Shown: piece after piece, positions 41,765 through 58,847 of the stretch
Position numbering within the stretch: position 1 is the stretch's first letter
How the letters are laid out: every line of letters starts with the position of its first letter
NCBI GenBank assembly: GCA_964016885.1
Contig: OZ024743.1
Coordinates: forward strand, 340,566,001 to 340,630,000
DNA from: Eledone cirrhosa
Lineage: Eukaryota
Direction: 5' to 3'
DNA length: 64,000 nt
Translations under genes and position numbers: made by a program
The notes under the pieces: generated by a model
The model's input: only the letters and a program-made list of their open reading frames with translations
What the model was told of the DNA's origin: nothing
The model's database searches: none

Positions 41765-41893
41765 GTTTATACTTTTGGCACAAGGCCAGCAATTACCCCA
41801 GTACATTACTGGTACTTTATTTTATCGACCCCGTAAGGATGAAAGGCAAAGTGAACCTCGGCGGGATTTGAACTCAGACCGTAAAGGGACGTA
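41759..41893 (-). mobile_element. tRNA-derived SINE, 5'-truncated
   Basis: Homologous to 15998-16190. Confidence 0.85.
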
Positions 41894-42129
41894 ATGAAGG
41901 AAGTGTGGTAAGGAACTAGGTGGACCATAACGCACCAAAGTACTCGATACTTGGGGTAGTAGGGTGGGTAATAGGAAAAGAGTCAAAATCCCGACGGGTG
42001 AGTTCAGACCTAGCTGTCGAAACGGCCGGAGCTCAGCGTCGGGTCCTGACTCTTTCCTATACACACACGCACATATATATATGTATATCATTATCTATAA
42101 AAGGCAGATTGTTGTTGTTGTTGTTGTTG

Positions 42130-42219
<90 letters not shown>

Positions 42220-42718
42220 ATGTTCCATGTTTATACATTTGCACAATTTCAAACCGATTCGACTCAACGTCTGTAAGAATGTTGTAAATGGTCAAAATTT
42301 GGTCAACGACTATTTATTTCATTCAAAGTCACCCACAATTACGGAAATAATCGATAAAACTAAATACACGACGCTTTACCCCTCTAATACAATCTGAATA
42401 CCTCTCTCTACTCCCCTTAAAATTCGATAAAACTACATACATGCTTAAACTTACAAACTTCCTTTAGGAACGCCGAAGAGAGAGAGAAGAAAGTGAGAGG
42501 GAGAGAGAGAGAGAACGTTTGTTTTTGAGTGTGGAACGGTCAAACATTTATTTACTTCAATGACAAAGAGAACTTATTACATTTCATACGAAACAACAAT
42601 TATTCAAAAGCAACAGATAAATTTATTCAACAACAAAAAAAATAGCGATGAATCCTTTTAAAAACCTCTCAACGAACGTGGAAGAAAGAAGTATCAGTTT
42701 ATTTACTATACACAATAA

Positions 42719-43080
42719 TATCCTCTATGAGGTCACTAAACCTGCTAGAAACAGTAGCTAACTCTCCCCCATATCACCCCCCTCCCTACTGCCTTAAATT
42801 TAGAAAACATATCCTCTATGAGGTCACTAAACCTGCTAGAAACAGCAGCTAACTCGCCCCCATATCACACCATTCCCTACTGTCTTAAATTTAGAAAACA
42901 TATCCTCTATGAGGTCACTAACCTGCTAGAAAAAGCAGCTAACTCTCACCCATATCACACCACTCCCTACTGTCTTAAAGCTAGAAAACATCCTCTATGA
43001 GGTCACTAAACCTGCTAGAAACAGTAGCTAACTCTCCCCCATATCAAACCCCTTCCTACTCCCTTAAATTTAGAAAACAC
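42719..43080. repeat. Minisatellite, 4 x ~90 bp
   Basis: CCTCTATGAGGTCACTAA at 42722, 42813, 42904, 42992. Confidence 0.95.
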
Positions 43081-43084
43081 ACAT

Positions 43085-43376
43085 TAGACAACCATGCAGA
43101 ACAACTCCATCGCAGTTCTATTGTTCGGCTGGCATCGTCTACACGCGTGTTGCGCAAGTACTGTGAAACAATAAATTTCAACACTTCTTTGCACAGAGAT
43201 AATATCCATAGGCGAAACTACAATTGTCACTGCTGGCGCCGCTCCTGCTTCGGCAGTCCAGGTCTGCAATTCATTCACCCAATGCCTGGCAGACAAAAAA
43301 GTGCTGCCATAAAATGGGTGGTGCAACCTAACTTTGGTAACTTACTGACCCCGAGCAACGCCGGGCTTTAATGCTA

Positions 43377-43377
<1 letters not shown>
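43085..43377 (+). mobile_element. Helitron 3' fragment
   Basis: Hairpin CCCGAGCAACGCCGGG followed by CTAG then T; same hairpin as 49740-50580; 5' boundary uncertain. Confidence 0.75.
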
Positions 43378-43451
<74 letters not shown>

Positions 43452-44819
43452 TGTGTGTCTGTGTGTGTGTGTTTAGGTGTCTGTATGCGGGAGGTTCTTC
43501 GTCGGTTGCGATGTCGAACATCCAATTGTTTGATCAACTAAATTTCTAACTGTGAAATCAATGTGCAAGTGGTTGAGTATTGAACAGTCACGTGTATCAA
43601 GAATGCAATTCTTAGGTGAATGAACTAGTGTGTCAAGATATGACAGAAAAAGCTGTGAGAAGAATCGGTCCTATACCGTACTGGTAATATGGTTATAGGT
43701 CACGAAAAGATAAAAGCACAGTAAAGTTCATACATGTGTCCGTCTTAATATATCCTCATCAGCAACGCTTAGTCTTCACTGCACTTGCTGAACTCTTAAT
43801 GTTAGAAGCATTTTGTAAATCTACATGGCTTTACATGGATTGGTGTATAATACTAAAATTGTTTCGAGGATAAAGCATTATGTGCAATAATTAATTTAAT
43901 GCAGGTAACATTAAAACACTAACTAGAAAATATTTTCATGGTGGGACAGACAAATAAATCGACAACTAGACAGACAATTAGATATATTGATAGATCAATC
44001 CATTGGTCAATCTATAGACATATTAGATAAATACTAACTATAAATATATTCGATGAGGAAAAGACAATATTTATCAATGATTATTATAATTATTACGGCA
44101 AGTACGCGAGACAATTCCTTAGATATTTCCGTACTGTCACCATTCATAAAAGTAAAGCATAAACTTTGCATTTTCCTAAACCATGATTATAAAATCACTA
44201 AGTAAATATACAATGTAATGGAATATCATATAGATGCACATCAATGTACTGGAAGCTTTATCATAAATCAATGTTTTATTGTAATTTCCAAGTAGTGCTA
44301 TATACATAGCTTCTACAGAGTTACGTACCAAAGCATTATTCTAGATATATTATAGTTCCATTAATATTGTTACGATTACAAGCTGAAACGTTTTCGTAAA
44401 ACCAATTTTTGGGTTGATAATTCTGAGTCTCTTACATGCAATTACGTATATGAATGTGTTTCAATTTTATTGCCGACAGGGAAGCACAATAAAACCAAAT
44501 TTAATCTATCACCGGGCTTCGTTTATTCATCGGTATCGTAATATTCATTATCATCAATGCTATTGTCACTATCGAAGTCATTACTGTTTAGCCCCAGGTC
44601 AACGTTGATCAAACACACTAGATCCAAGGGATGTCAGCAGGTAACATCCTCTCTACCCAAGTTTTAGATTTTATAGTGTTATTTGAGGGAGATTTATCTT
44701 CCATTTATAGAAAGTCGATCGACTGCGTAAAGATACACTCGTTTGTTTTACAAATCGAATACGGATATATTATCTGTTAATGTTCACCAGTTAATATTAT
44801 TGTATTAAATCTTATAGAG

Positions 44820-45050
44820 TGGTTCTATTTATTGAGTTGTGGATTGGCAGGTTCAATATCACCTCAGAAAAATTGCTTGGCGTTATTTCTATCGTCTTTT
44901 ATGTTCTGAGTTCAAATCGCACAGAAGGCAACTTTGTTTTTCAACCTTCTGAGGTTTATAATATAAAAGACCTGGCAACTACTGGGTCCAATATAATCGA
45001 CTTTGTCCTTCCCCTAAAATTGCTGGATTTGTGAGTAAATCATAAATAAA
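44820..45050 (+). mobile_element. Diverged tRNA-derived SINE
   Basis: GGATTGGCAG...TTCTGAGTTCAAATC...AAATTGCTGG. Confidence 0.7.
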
Positions 45051-45324
45051 TATCGGAATTTTACTTAATTACAGAGTTAATTTTGTAATTGGTTACAATA
45101 GCAACATAACGGTCTGTTTATAAAGATCTCCATGGTAGAAATTATATATTTTTGATTGCCGAAGAAAAAAAGATACACGCATGTTCTTTTCCTGGGTTTC
45201 GAAAGGGTGGAATTTATACATAGATTTTGGGCGTGGACAGAATATTTGCAACAGGGTAAATAAGTGATACTATCAAACTATCGGATAGATTCTTTTACTT
45301 ATTATCTATCTTATTATCTATCAA

Positions 45325-46330
45325 GCAAAGACCGAGAAAACCAAGAAAACTGGGCGCCTGGCACACCGAGTGTGCCCAGGCGCTCACGGTTCTCTGGCAG
45401 GCGGGCCCGGCTGTCAGTGGAGAATCCACCTCGTCATTCTATAAAGGGCTGGTGGTTAGCAGGTGCGACGACGCCCTCGGAGAAGCCCTAGACATGGAGC
45501 AGGACGAACTGGACAACCTGTTCGGTAGGACATTCAGCCCGGGACCCATGGATAACTTCCAGAGGTCCCTGGCCTGGCAATGCTATAGAAGGGGTCTGCC
45601 CGTTCGAGAAAGGCTCTACAGACACGGGCGCCCGGGTAGGGACCCATCGAAAAAGATCTGTCCCAGATGCGTGTGCGACGAGGAAACCGTTGCACACGTA
45701 TTGGTACACTGCTCGGGCATTGCCGATCTGTGGGGCTATGTCGAACAACTGCTGTCAAGGGTGGGACCGATCCGGTTGACCACCGAGTCTATTGTAACGA
45801 TCAAGCCGCCTCCCTCTTCAAAAACGAAGGAGAGGCGGTGTTTCTGTGCGTAATAGCCATGGCGAAAGAGGTTGTATGGTGGACGCGTCTGAAAGGACTG
45901 AGGACAGACACCTTTCTCTCTGGCCAACAACTGGTCCGTTTCTTCCGATATCATTTCGGAAGAAGGATCAGGATGGAGAGAGAGGTGCTGCACCCCAGCC
46001 GTTTTTATAAAAGATGGGTGAAAGTGGCGAGAATGGCCCGTGTGAATAGGCCTTCACTCTACATTAGACTATAGGTGAGGAAGATGAAAGACCAAGGGAG
46101 CACCCCTTCTCTGTGCTCCTGAGGTTGCACACTTTTTTCGGGGGTGTGTGCAACCCCCCAAGGCGCCTCCTCTCTATTGAGGACTTTGTTATAAATTTTA
46201 TTTTTTGTTATATTTTATTTTATTTTTATATATTGTTATTGCCTCCTCCTTATTGAGGACGCCTTGTTTTGTAAACTACCCCCATTGTACTTGTCTCACT
46301 TTTGATGCCCTGGTGGCAAATAAAAGAAAC
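45325..46330 (+). mobile_element. Tx1/L1-clade retrotransposon 3' fragment
   Basis: CPRC...ETVAHVLVHC zinc knuckle, KEVVWWTR; 3' UTR ending AATAAA. Confidence 0.82.
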
Positions 46331-46467
46331 ATATCTATTTATTGAATAAAGAAATATATCTATTTATTCATTAATATATATATATATCTCCCATTCTCCT
46401 CCCCCCCCTCTCTCTATATATACAGTATATGTATATATATATATGTATATATATATGTATACATACA

Positions 46468-46747
46468 GGAAACTGGGATAACTCCGATATAAAACCTGCG
46501 GCTCAGTAGTTACCAATGCTGTTGATCTTTCTTCTTTTCGGGTTATAGCTACTGTCGCTCAGAGATGGGATTGGCTCACTGCACAGTCTTTTCTCACTTT
46601 AAAAAAATATATCTTCATGCACAGGCATTGCATGATGTAATTAATTAATAATTATTAATAATGGTATATCGTGCAATGGCCATACTCGATAACGAGGGGG
46701 CAGCCATCATGTATGTAAGTATGTAGGTATGTTTGTATGTATGTATG
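46468..46747 (+). mobile_element. Short non-coding repeat with (ATGT)n tail, truncated copy
   Basis: Aligns with 52059-52320. Confidence 0.75.
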
Positions 46748-49739
46748 TTCTTCTGGTTTTATAATTTCACAATTTTTTCCCCAATAGATAGAGAGTCGGT
46801 TTCTAACATAGATACAAGACTCTCTCATTGGAATTTGCGCAACATCAACTAGGTAGATATTTCTGCATGTCTGTATGCATGTATGTGTGTGTAGGTATGG
46901 ATGTTATTGTATGTGTCGATGTGTATGTTTTGAGTTGTATGTGTGCATGTGCATATGCTTTGAATCTGTACATGTGTATATGCAGTTATTACATGCAAAA
47001 TATTTGGAATGTTTTACATATTTTTACTGTTCCATTAATGGATTGTATTTGTAATTTCCTAACTAGTTGTGTTCTTTCTGTTCCTGTGAAGCCTAGCTTC
47101 TCAAGATTTGTATTGAGGCAGTTACTAACATATCCCAGTGCCCCAATAATCACAGGCATAAATCTGAAGGTATAATCAGGGTGGAGTATCTGCAGATTTC
47201 TCAATATTCTCCTTTTCACTAATCTTTGATATCATATTGGCATCTGCTGTGCAGCTAACCTCTACTACTGTGCATGCCTTCTTTTCCCTGTCCCATATCA
47301 TTATATCTTGTCTGTTATGCTTGCATTTATTAGGATTTTTACTGGAACATTCCACAAGTACTCTTTCATATTATGTATATGTATTTCTTCCACATTGCTC
47401 TAGTTTTTAATGTGTTTATTATCGGGGCTATCTTTTCTACGGATTGCATTGTACAGTGTTTTGCATTGTACAGTGTCTCATAGGTAGATAGTACCGCGAT
47501 GACATCTTTGGACAGCTGCTTATGATATGGGTGACATCTTCGATGTTAATTCTGCAGAGTCTGCACTTGTTATCACATCTAGGTGTTTTGCCTGCATCCC
47601 TATCTCTTTTGTGAATCAAGTATATCGTGTTAACTTCCTGTTCCTGGATTGCAAAAGCGTATCCTTCAAAGTGGGAGCCAATATAGCGGTTGTTGGTCCA
47701 AGATAGACTACTTTCTTTATCTATATTACTCTCACTCTGGAGCTTCCTGGCAATATATCCATGCATGATTTTTTTGCTGATAAACATGCAATTTTTAATC
47801 CATAGACTCACTGCTGAACTACTGGGCAGCTTCCCTGGGTGTGACGTTTTGATTATCACGCAGGGAATATCTTTCAAGGAGTTCCTTCCCAACTCTCATG
47901 ATCTTATGTGTCTCGTGCAAATAGACTTACTCGATAGACGGGCTCTATGCTTCTATATTTGTAAATGTTGTCGGAGGGATTTGATGCGACATTCAAATAC
48001 TGTCTGGACTGATGTTAGACCCCCTGCCTCCCTCCTTACGTTTCAAGTAGAGGCGGTCTATGTCACTGTTGACGTGGGAGTTTCCAGTGTTGTTTAATAT
48101 TTTTCGAGTCCCAACATCAATTGCTCGGATTTTGTCTATCATACAATTGAGTATTCTAAACGTTGGTGTTAGGACAGGGACAGTAAACACATTGTGAACC
48201 ACTGTTTTATTGTGCGCAGAGAGTTCCGATGACCATATTTTTCTTAATCGGGTGTAATATTCCCTGGTTACACGTTCCTTATTACAGATACCATTATAGG
48301 ATATGTTCTCAACTATCCCCAGGTACTTGTAGCAGTCATCAGATATTGGTGAAACAGTTAGGCCATTGATGACAACGTTGCTAGATTGGGTTGTAGTTTT
48401 TCCCCGCTTTACAGTCATATATGAACATTTATCTTGGCCAAACTATATTCCTATATCTTTTGAGAATGTTGTAACCAGGTCAAGATATGTCTTCATCCCA
48501 TCTATGTTCTTGGCATAGAGTTTCAGATCATCCACAAAGAAATCATGAGTTAAGTTCGTATTTCTGTCCTGTGAGCCAATATCCTTCACATTTCTTGAGC
48601 AAAAAGAACAAGGGATTTAATGAGAGGATAAATACTATCACGGAGAGACTGTTTCCTTGAAATACACCCTTATGATATTCTATTTTATCAGTGAAAATAG
48701 AGTCCTCCCTCTCTGTTTTTAACTTTAGGATAGTAGCCCAAGAAGAAGACAGCTTCTCTATAGCTCTGATAATAATGCCTGGGACTTTATCAAGTCGGAG
48801 AGCCTCTATCATCCAAGAGTGAGGAACAGAATCGAAAGCTTTCCTGTAGTCTAGCCAGACTGTAGCCATATTCCTCCTAAGTTGTCGCACGTCCGACATC
48901 GCAGTTTTGTTGATTAGGAGGTGTTCAGCACACCCCCAAATACCTTTCTTTCCAGCTACTTGTTCATCTGTGATGATGTTATTATTTTCACAATGATCTT
49001 GGCGGAATAGGTTCAGGCAGGCTGTATACATTTTATACATCAGGTTCCGGCATGCAATGGGTCGGTAGTTTTTTGCCAAGTGGGTGTCTTTGTTCTTGGG
49101 GGACCAGAATTGTTTGTGTTATTGTCAACCATTCTGGTATAAGTTTATCTCCCTTGAGAACTTGTTGGTAGAAGTCGATAAGTTACATCCGATAGAATAT
49201 CAGTTTCTTGTACCAGTAGCCGACAATCATGTCTCTTCCTAGTGTTTTCTTATCTTGGAGTTTTCCTATCACAATCTCAAGGGTACCCTCACTTATTTCG
49301 TATTTTTTTGTTGTAGTGTAGGAGCAATAGTTCTTTAGGATTTCTTTTTGCCACACTTAATCCTGGTTGAAATTCTTCTTTTCACCCCATATTTTTCTCC
49401 AAAAGGAATCTGTGTTTCTGGAATGGGGCTTCAGTGACACTTATTATTTTGCCCTTGATATCTCTATAGACTGATGTTTGGTTTCGTCTGAATCTTTTAT
49501 TAAGCACTTTTCTTTCTTCTTCTGGTATCGACGTTTCTCGCTGACAGCTCTCAATTCCTGTTTGAGGATGATCAGCTTATTGAAGAGTTCTGGCTCTACT
49601 GTTACCAAATATCGTTTCTATTTTATTTTTCATTCTTTGTTGGTGAGGAGTGAAGTTTTTTTTTGTTTTTGTTTGCATGTAAGGAGCATTGTCACATTTT
49701 TGTAGGTCAGCAATTTTTTTATTCTGTTTTAGATATATA

Positions 49740-50031
49740 CTAGCAAAATGGCCCGGCGTTGCTCGGGATTCTAAACATAGATTGGCATGTTTATCCCTCC
49801 TTTCTGAAAGAGTTTCGTCGTATGTTCACCAATTGATGCAGAAGTCCTAATAAAAATTGAAGTCGCCTTGAGTGAATAGGTAAATAATTTTCCATTAAGA
49901 TTTTTCAAAAGCATGTAATTGCGTTCCCTCTCTTTTTTGTTGTTGTTTTTGCTGCTGTCGAACCTCGTGAAATAAATACGTTTGTTTATATTTTGTTATT
50001 GTGTATGCAAAAATATCTGTACACGAATATA

Positions 50032-50123
<92 letters not shown>

Positions 50124-50580
50124 AAATAACAGATTAAAGTTTAAGCGAAGAATCGCTGCTGTCACCCTTAACGGGTTCTTCTGAAACTAAAAAAATCAAT
50201 CTGTGATCGCAGAAGTAAATATTTCGAAAAACGTTACACCCTATATATATACACACACACTATATATACATATATACATATATACACACATAGATAGTGT
50301 TATAATGTCGTAATACAGACAGCCAGCCATACAGACATATATTCTAAGGGCGCAACGTCGTAGCTATGTATCTATCTAAAAAGACAGACTAAGGATTATA
50401 GAGAGATCGCTAAATCGCCTAATACGGTCCCTAGGGCATTGAAAATTTGAAATATATTTTTCTCAAAACACTCACACGACCATAAGTATTACACGTGTAA
50501 AGTTTGAAAACAACCGGTTGGGTGGTTCTCGAGTTTTAGAGAGTCAGACAGACAGACATTCTCTGTTTTAGATATATAGA
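49740..50580 (-). mobile_element. Non-autonomous Helitron inside the R4/Dong ORF
   Basis: 5' TC with (TCTG)n, 3' hairpin CCCGAGCAACGCCGGG and CTAG; A/T insertion site. Confidence 0.88.
50121..50240 (-). mobile_element. 120-bp PLE 3' terminal fragment in (TA)n inside the Helitron
   Basis: Aligns with 11149-11268. Confidence 0.85.
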
Positions 50581-51944
50581 TGATGGTATTTATGGTGATG
50601 TTTTGTTCTTGTTAATGTCTCTGCTATCACCAACATAATGCTTCACTGTCGTTGCTAGGGCATATAAACTGGCGTTGATTTGACAAAATATTGGGGTTTT
50701 AATCCGTTGTAAATATTCATTCCCTATTTCGTCAATAGCACATTATTTGGCCTTTTATTTTGTATTGCTGTTTTAATACGTTCTGCAATAGAAATGTTTA
50801 TACATGATTTAATTTTCCCCTGGAAGATTTCTTTGAGGGAAATTTTCAATTGTTTATACTTTTGATTATTTCCACAACAGTCGAGGTAGACTCGGATGGT
50901 ATACGTGGTGTCAAATTTCTTAGATTATTGTTATTATTTCTTCGATTATTATTATTATCGATAGTGTTTTCCCCAGCATTCGAGGTAGACTTAGATGGTA
51001 CACGTGGTGTCAAATTTCTTACAGGCACAGTTGTTTCACTGCTTGAACAGGCTGCAGTTGGTTCACTGCTTGAACAGGCTGCTAGGAAGTCTAGTAGCAT
51101 CCTGATCTGTAGCACGTGTTGTTGATTCCTTGTTTATTCTGGGGGATTTACAATTAATAATATTTATCTTATTTTTACATTCAACAAACGTCGCTTGTTG
51201 GCGTAATTATTTCGCTGTGAAATGATTTAAATCTGGATGTATTTTGTCCGTGTAGCTTCATTCTGTTCATAGAACCAACGGAGGGATTTTGTTTTTTGTC
51301 ATTTTATAAGAATTAAATAAATCATCAAGAGAAATGCGATTTATAATTTCGGTTCCTTCTGTAGCTATAACTGCATACATTTTGTTTACCTTTCCCGTTG
51401 TTGTTTTTCTTCGGTACTTCATTAATATTGTTGATGTTGTTGTGTTCAGCCATGCTGTTTGTAGCAAATCCTTGTAAAATGAATTATGTATTTAGTCGGA
51501 TATCTCTACACATTCGAATAAAAGGAGTCTTCAGTGGATATAGTTAGAAGAATATTCAGTTATTCAACATGACTGGTAGTTGTGGCATTACTGTCGGAGA
51601 TAGTATTCATCTCAAATTTAATAAATAGTCTCACACGCGAAAATGTACGACTGATCGCGTTGACTGTATGTATGTCAGGTCACTCTTGAGTGCTACTGGT
51701 AACATGTAACCTAGTACAAACTGTTGCATAGTCGGGTCGTAGGCGACTGAAACGGCAACCCCACCATGTCTACTTTGTGAGAAGGGTGATTTTGGACACC
51801 CTTCAGGATAAAAAACAAACCCTGAAAAAGGGCGGAAGAACTCATAAGAGTCAACGGCCATATAAAAGTGTATAAATATGTATGTACATATGTATATATG
51901 TATGTATGTATATATGTATATATGTGTATGCATATGAATGTATA

Positions 51945-52320
51945 TGCGTGGGGATATAGAAATAATTGGGATGGATACCCGATCGCGCGGTTAAACCACT
52001 GAGAGTGAAGGACGCCTAGCCTTTGTCAGGGCATTCTTCTAGGAGAAGGCAACTAAGCAAACTGGGATAACTCCGACATAAAGCCTGCGGCTCAGTAGTT
52101 ACGGATGATGTTAATCTTTTCTTCTTTTCGGGTTATAGCTACTGTTGCTCATAGCTACTGTTGTTCAGAGAATGAGAGTGGCTCAGTGCAAAGTCTTTCC
52201 TCACTTTAAAAAACGCACAGGCATTGCATGATAGCATTAATTGATAATTATTGATAATGTTATATCATGCAATGGCCATACTCGATAACGAGGGGGCAGC
52301 CATCATCATGTATGTATGTA
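51945..52320 (+). mobile_element. Short non-coding repeat with (ATGT)n tail, possibly RTE-derived
   Basis: Second copy at 46468; contains GGGCA...TCTAGGAGAAGGCAACT, recalled as resembling RTE 5' UTR motifs (unverified). Confidence 0.6.
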
Positions 52321-52433
52321 TATACTCTTTCGTGTATTCTCCTCTCTATATTGTATTTTAAAGAGCCCGGTAATTTCTTCTTGAGCTCATTAAATTACAG
52401 GCATAAACAGTTGTTTCATTTGATATATATACA

Positions 52434-52497
<64 letters not shown>

Positions 52498-52821
52498 AAT
52501 GAAACAGCGGAGTTAAGAACTCGCGTTTATCCCTGTAATTTATATAATATATATATAAATGGCTTTTATAGGACAGGACTAGAACTGCTTCATTCGGAGG
52601 AAATCCCCCCCCCCCCCCATATATATATATTAAAATATTGATTAATGCGTAAAGTTATTAACCAAAAGTCATGATTAGAACCTAATCATGACTAAGTCAG
52701 CTCTACTAATATAAGATTTAAAAAGTTTCATTAGGAGCTGTAACAATGATTCAAGGGTAAGAAATTGTCTAGACAAATGTATCCACATTATGCGTATTTG
52801 AACGATTATATAGGCGAAAGC

Positions 52822-53854
52822 AAATTCGGCCTACTTATATGAAATGATGAGTTAGCAAAGCACTCGATAAAGTAGGTCCTTAGAGTAATAACATACGTTT
52901 AAATAGCTTGACAAATCGAACATTGTGGTAGGCAAAATCTAACACACAATAATATAGCAAAGTAACGATAGAACTAACAGGTTGAGAAAAATACACCTGG
53001 ACAAATCAAACGATTATACGTTTAAAGTGTTTCTTTGAATCCGAAATCAAATATCAGACTTACGTGACTGGCAAGCTCGTGGTATTCATGATCGAACAGA
53101 GGATTCAGTTTTTTAACAGGTTTTCGTTCTACCCAGAACGAGGTGATAGGCTAAATGTTGCCGCTAGATGCAGCGTATCGTATCTATAGCTGTCACGTGT
53201 TAATTCCAGCAAGGGAAATAACCCCCGGTTTTTGGCGGCTCTTTCAAAATGTTAGACAAAGGAAATATATTAATTTCCGCTAATCATCATGATAAGCTCT
53301 CGACTAGATGTTATAAAACAAACACAAATAATTAACCAATCAACAGAATTGTCTAATTAAATTAATTAGTTAATTATTAAATCTAGGAGAATAATATAAT
53401 TGGAAATTTAGTAAAATCGAATCTCTGGCGGTTTGCAAGAAAATTCGGCCTACTTATATGAAATGATGAGTTAGCAAAGCACTCGATAAGGTAGGTCCTT
53501 AGAGTAATAACATACGTTTAAATAGCTTGACAAATCGAACATTGTGTTAGGCAAAATCTAACACACAATAATATACCAAAGTAACGATAGAATTAACAGG
53601 TTGAGAAAAATACACCTGGACAAATCAAACGATTATACGTTTAAAGTGTTTCTTTGAATCCGAATTCAAATATCAGACTTACGTGACTGGCCAGCTCCTG
53701 GTATTCATGATCGAACAGAGGATTCAGTTTTTCAACAGGTTTTCGTTCTACCCAGGACGGGGTGATAAGGCTAAATGTTGCCGCTAGATGCAACGTATCG
53801 TATCTATAGCTGTCACGTGTTAATTCCAGCAAGGGAAATAACCCCCGGTTTTTG
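52822..53854. repeat. ~412-bp direct repeat with ~620-bp period, non-coding
   Basis: 52822-53234 repeated at 53441-53854 with few substitutions. Confidence 0.92.
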
Positions 53855-53987
53855 CCGGGTTATTGGTGTTGGATGCTTAAAGTGTCCGTATGCGGTAGGC
53901 CGTATGAGCACTCGATGCTTTAATAGAGCAGAGTATGATATCACAGAAAAAAAAGAGAATCAGTGTTGCGACGAATGGAATTTATCT

Positions 53988-54180
<193 letters not shown>

Positions 54181-54197
54181 GTATATATATATATATA

Positions 54198-57109
<2,912 letters not shown>

Positions 57110-57124
57110 ATGTATAGATACATT

Positions 57125-57760
57125 GCCAAAGAAAAATCGGATAGCAAGTCAAAGAACTTATATAGATGGTAAAATTTCGATTATTTTCAAATCGGATATT
57201 AGATAAAAATGGTAAATTTCAGAGATTTTCAATATACTATACTGGTGTTTCATGAGTGAAAGAAATGGATGGAACCTTAAGATGAAACACCCAATCGTCA
57301 GTAGAATTTTCATCCGACTAAACACATTACATACGACTAGTCACTATAGATTCAAAAGAGGATTTGAACGCACATGATGAGGAACGTAATACTATGAGGA
57401 TACAGACTAGCCAACGGGAATATGAGAACTAGCAGTGCGTTTGGTATAAGAAGAAGCAGCTCTACTAAAATTGAATGTTAGAAGCAGAAATATATGTATT
57501 AAAATATTGGTTAATACGATAGTTATTAATCATATTGTCTGCCAAAAGTATAATTTAACCAAAGCGCTACATATAATCACTATTAGAACCTAAAGTCAGC
57601 TCTACTAATATAAAATTTAGGAGCTGTAACATAATTGAATGTTTCATCTTATGGTTCCTTCCATTTTTCTTTCACTCATCAAACAGCTGTATAGGATATT
57701 GAAATCTCGGAATTTTACCATCTATGTAAGTTTTTTGACTTGCTATTCGACTTTTCATCT
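57125..57760. repeat. Diverged inverted-repeat element between compound microsatellites
   Basis: 57130-57290 inverted at 57640-57755; interior 57490-57638 resembles 52630-52750. Confidence 0.65.
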
Positions 57761-57764
57761 ATGT

Positions 57765-57873
<109 letters not shown>

Positions 57874-58000
57874 GATGGTAAGAATAATCTTATAACATTA
57901 TAACAACCCATCTCTCAGATCTTCTTATATCATTGCGCCTATATAATCATACAAACGGGCAGAGTGTGGATACATTTTGTCAAGACAATTTCTTACCTTG

Positions 58001-58060
<60 letters not shown>

Positions 58061-58062
<2 letters not shown>

Positions 58063-58430
58063 ATGATATTAATAATGATATTAATAAATGGAAACTATAT
58101 TTATAAAATCATATTTATTCTATTATATATATTTCAAGGGTACCAAAATTTTGGTACGCACTCATCAGATAAAATACAAAATTTGTTTTATAAATAGTGA
58201 CATACCTAGGAATCAGACCATAACAGTTTAGGTTCCGTTCTGATGAGGGCGTACAAAAGTTTTGGTACCATTGAAATATAATATAATAGAATAAATATGG
58301 TTTTATGAATATAGTTTCCATTTATTAATATCATTGATAATATACTCCAGAAAATCTGTCGAGTGCTTTCGAATCTGTTATAAATATATTTGTGGAATTA
58401 CCAACAACTTAAATATCTCTTTACTCTTTA
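58061..58430. mobile_element. PLE 3'-end inverted pair with hammerheads and right-hand tail
   Basis: Arms ~58061-58169 and 58239-58338; CTGATGA at 58240(+) and 58162-58168(-); tail containing GTCGAGTGCTTT. Confidence 0.85.
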
Positions 58431-58452
58431 TATATATACATATATATATATA

Positions 58453-58501
<49 letters not shown>

Positions 58502-58655
58502 TCCACTTTTCTAAAAAAAGAAATCATACACAGAACGCCAGCACCAACAGTTTTGCAAGAGATGTCGACATGAATGGACCTATTATTCTTATCTAAAGAC
58601 ATTTTTTCCAATTCCATCACGTCCGTCCCCATAATCTATTTTATTTCTCCTTCTT

Positions 58656-58691
58656 TCTTCTGATGAAGGACTAGCGTCCGAAACGTTAAGA
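58656..58691 (+). ncRNA. Minimal PLE-type hammerhead within a short insertion (58500-58778)
   Basis: UCUU CUGAUGA aGGAC uagc GUCC GAAAC GUU AAGA. Confidence 0.85.
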
Positions 58692-58775
58692 CCATTTTCC
58701 TGCTATATCAAGCCTTAACCTAATATCTACCTTCCATATACTGTACCGATTGTGTTGTTATTTCTGTTTACCTTT

Positions 58776-58844
<69 letters not shown>

Positions 58845-58847
<3 letters not shown>

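Larger units (their letters stand above)
46748..51870 (-). mobile_element. R4/Dong-clade non-LTR retrotransposon (RT plus restriction-like endonuclease), decayed, near full length
   Basis: NYRPIAC, WLDYRKAFDSVPH, GVFQG, FVDD, YKYLG, CRLC...HIISSC...RH, PVIIGALG; flanked by (CATA)n-like tracts. Confidence 0.9.

Noticed and set aside
42719-43080. CRISPR-like array
   Set aside because: Whole units are repeated with no unique spacers; eukaryotic minisatellite
46468-46747. LTR pair around the R4/Dong element (with 52059-52320)
   Set aside because: No TG...CA ends, PBS or gag/integrase; copies are diverged and tailed like retroposons
46790-46852. Hammerhead in the R4/Dong 3' UTR
   Set aside because: GAAAC present, but the core (UUGAUGU) and stems do not fit
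52843-52849. Box C/D snoRNA (ATGATGA)
   Set aside because: No suitably placed box D; lies inside a duplicated repeat
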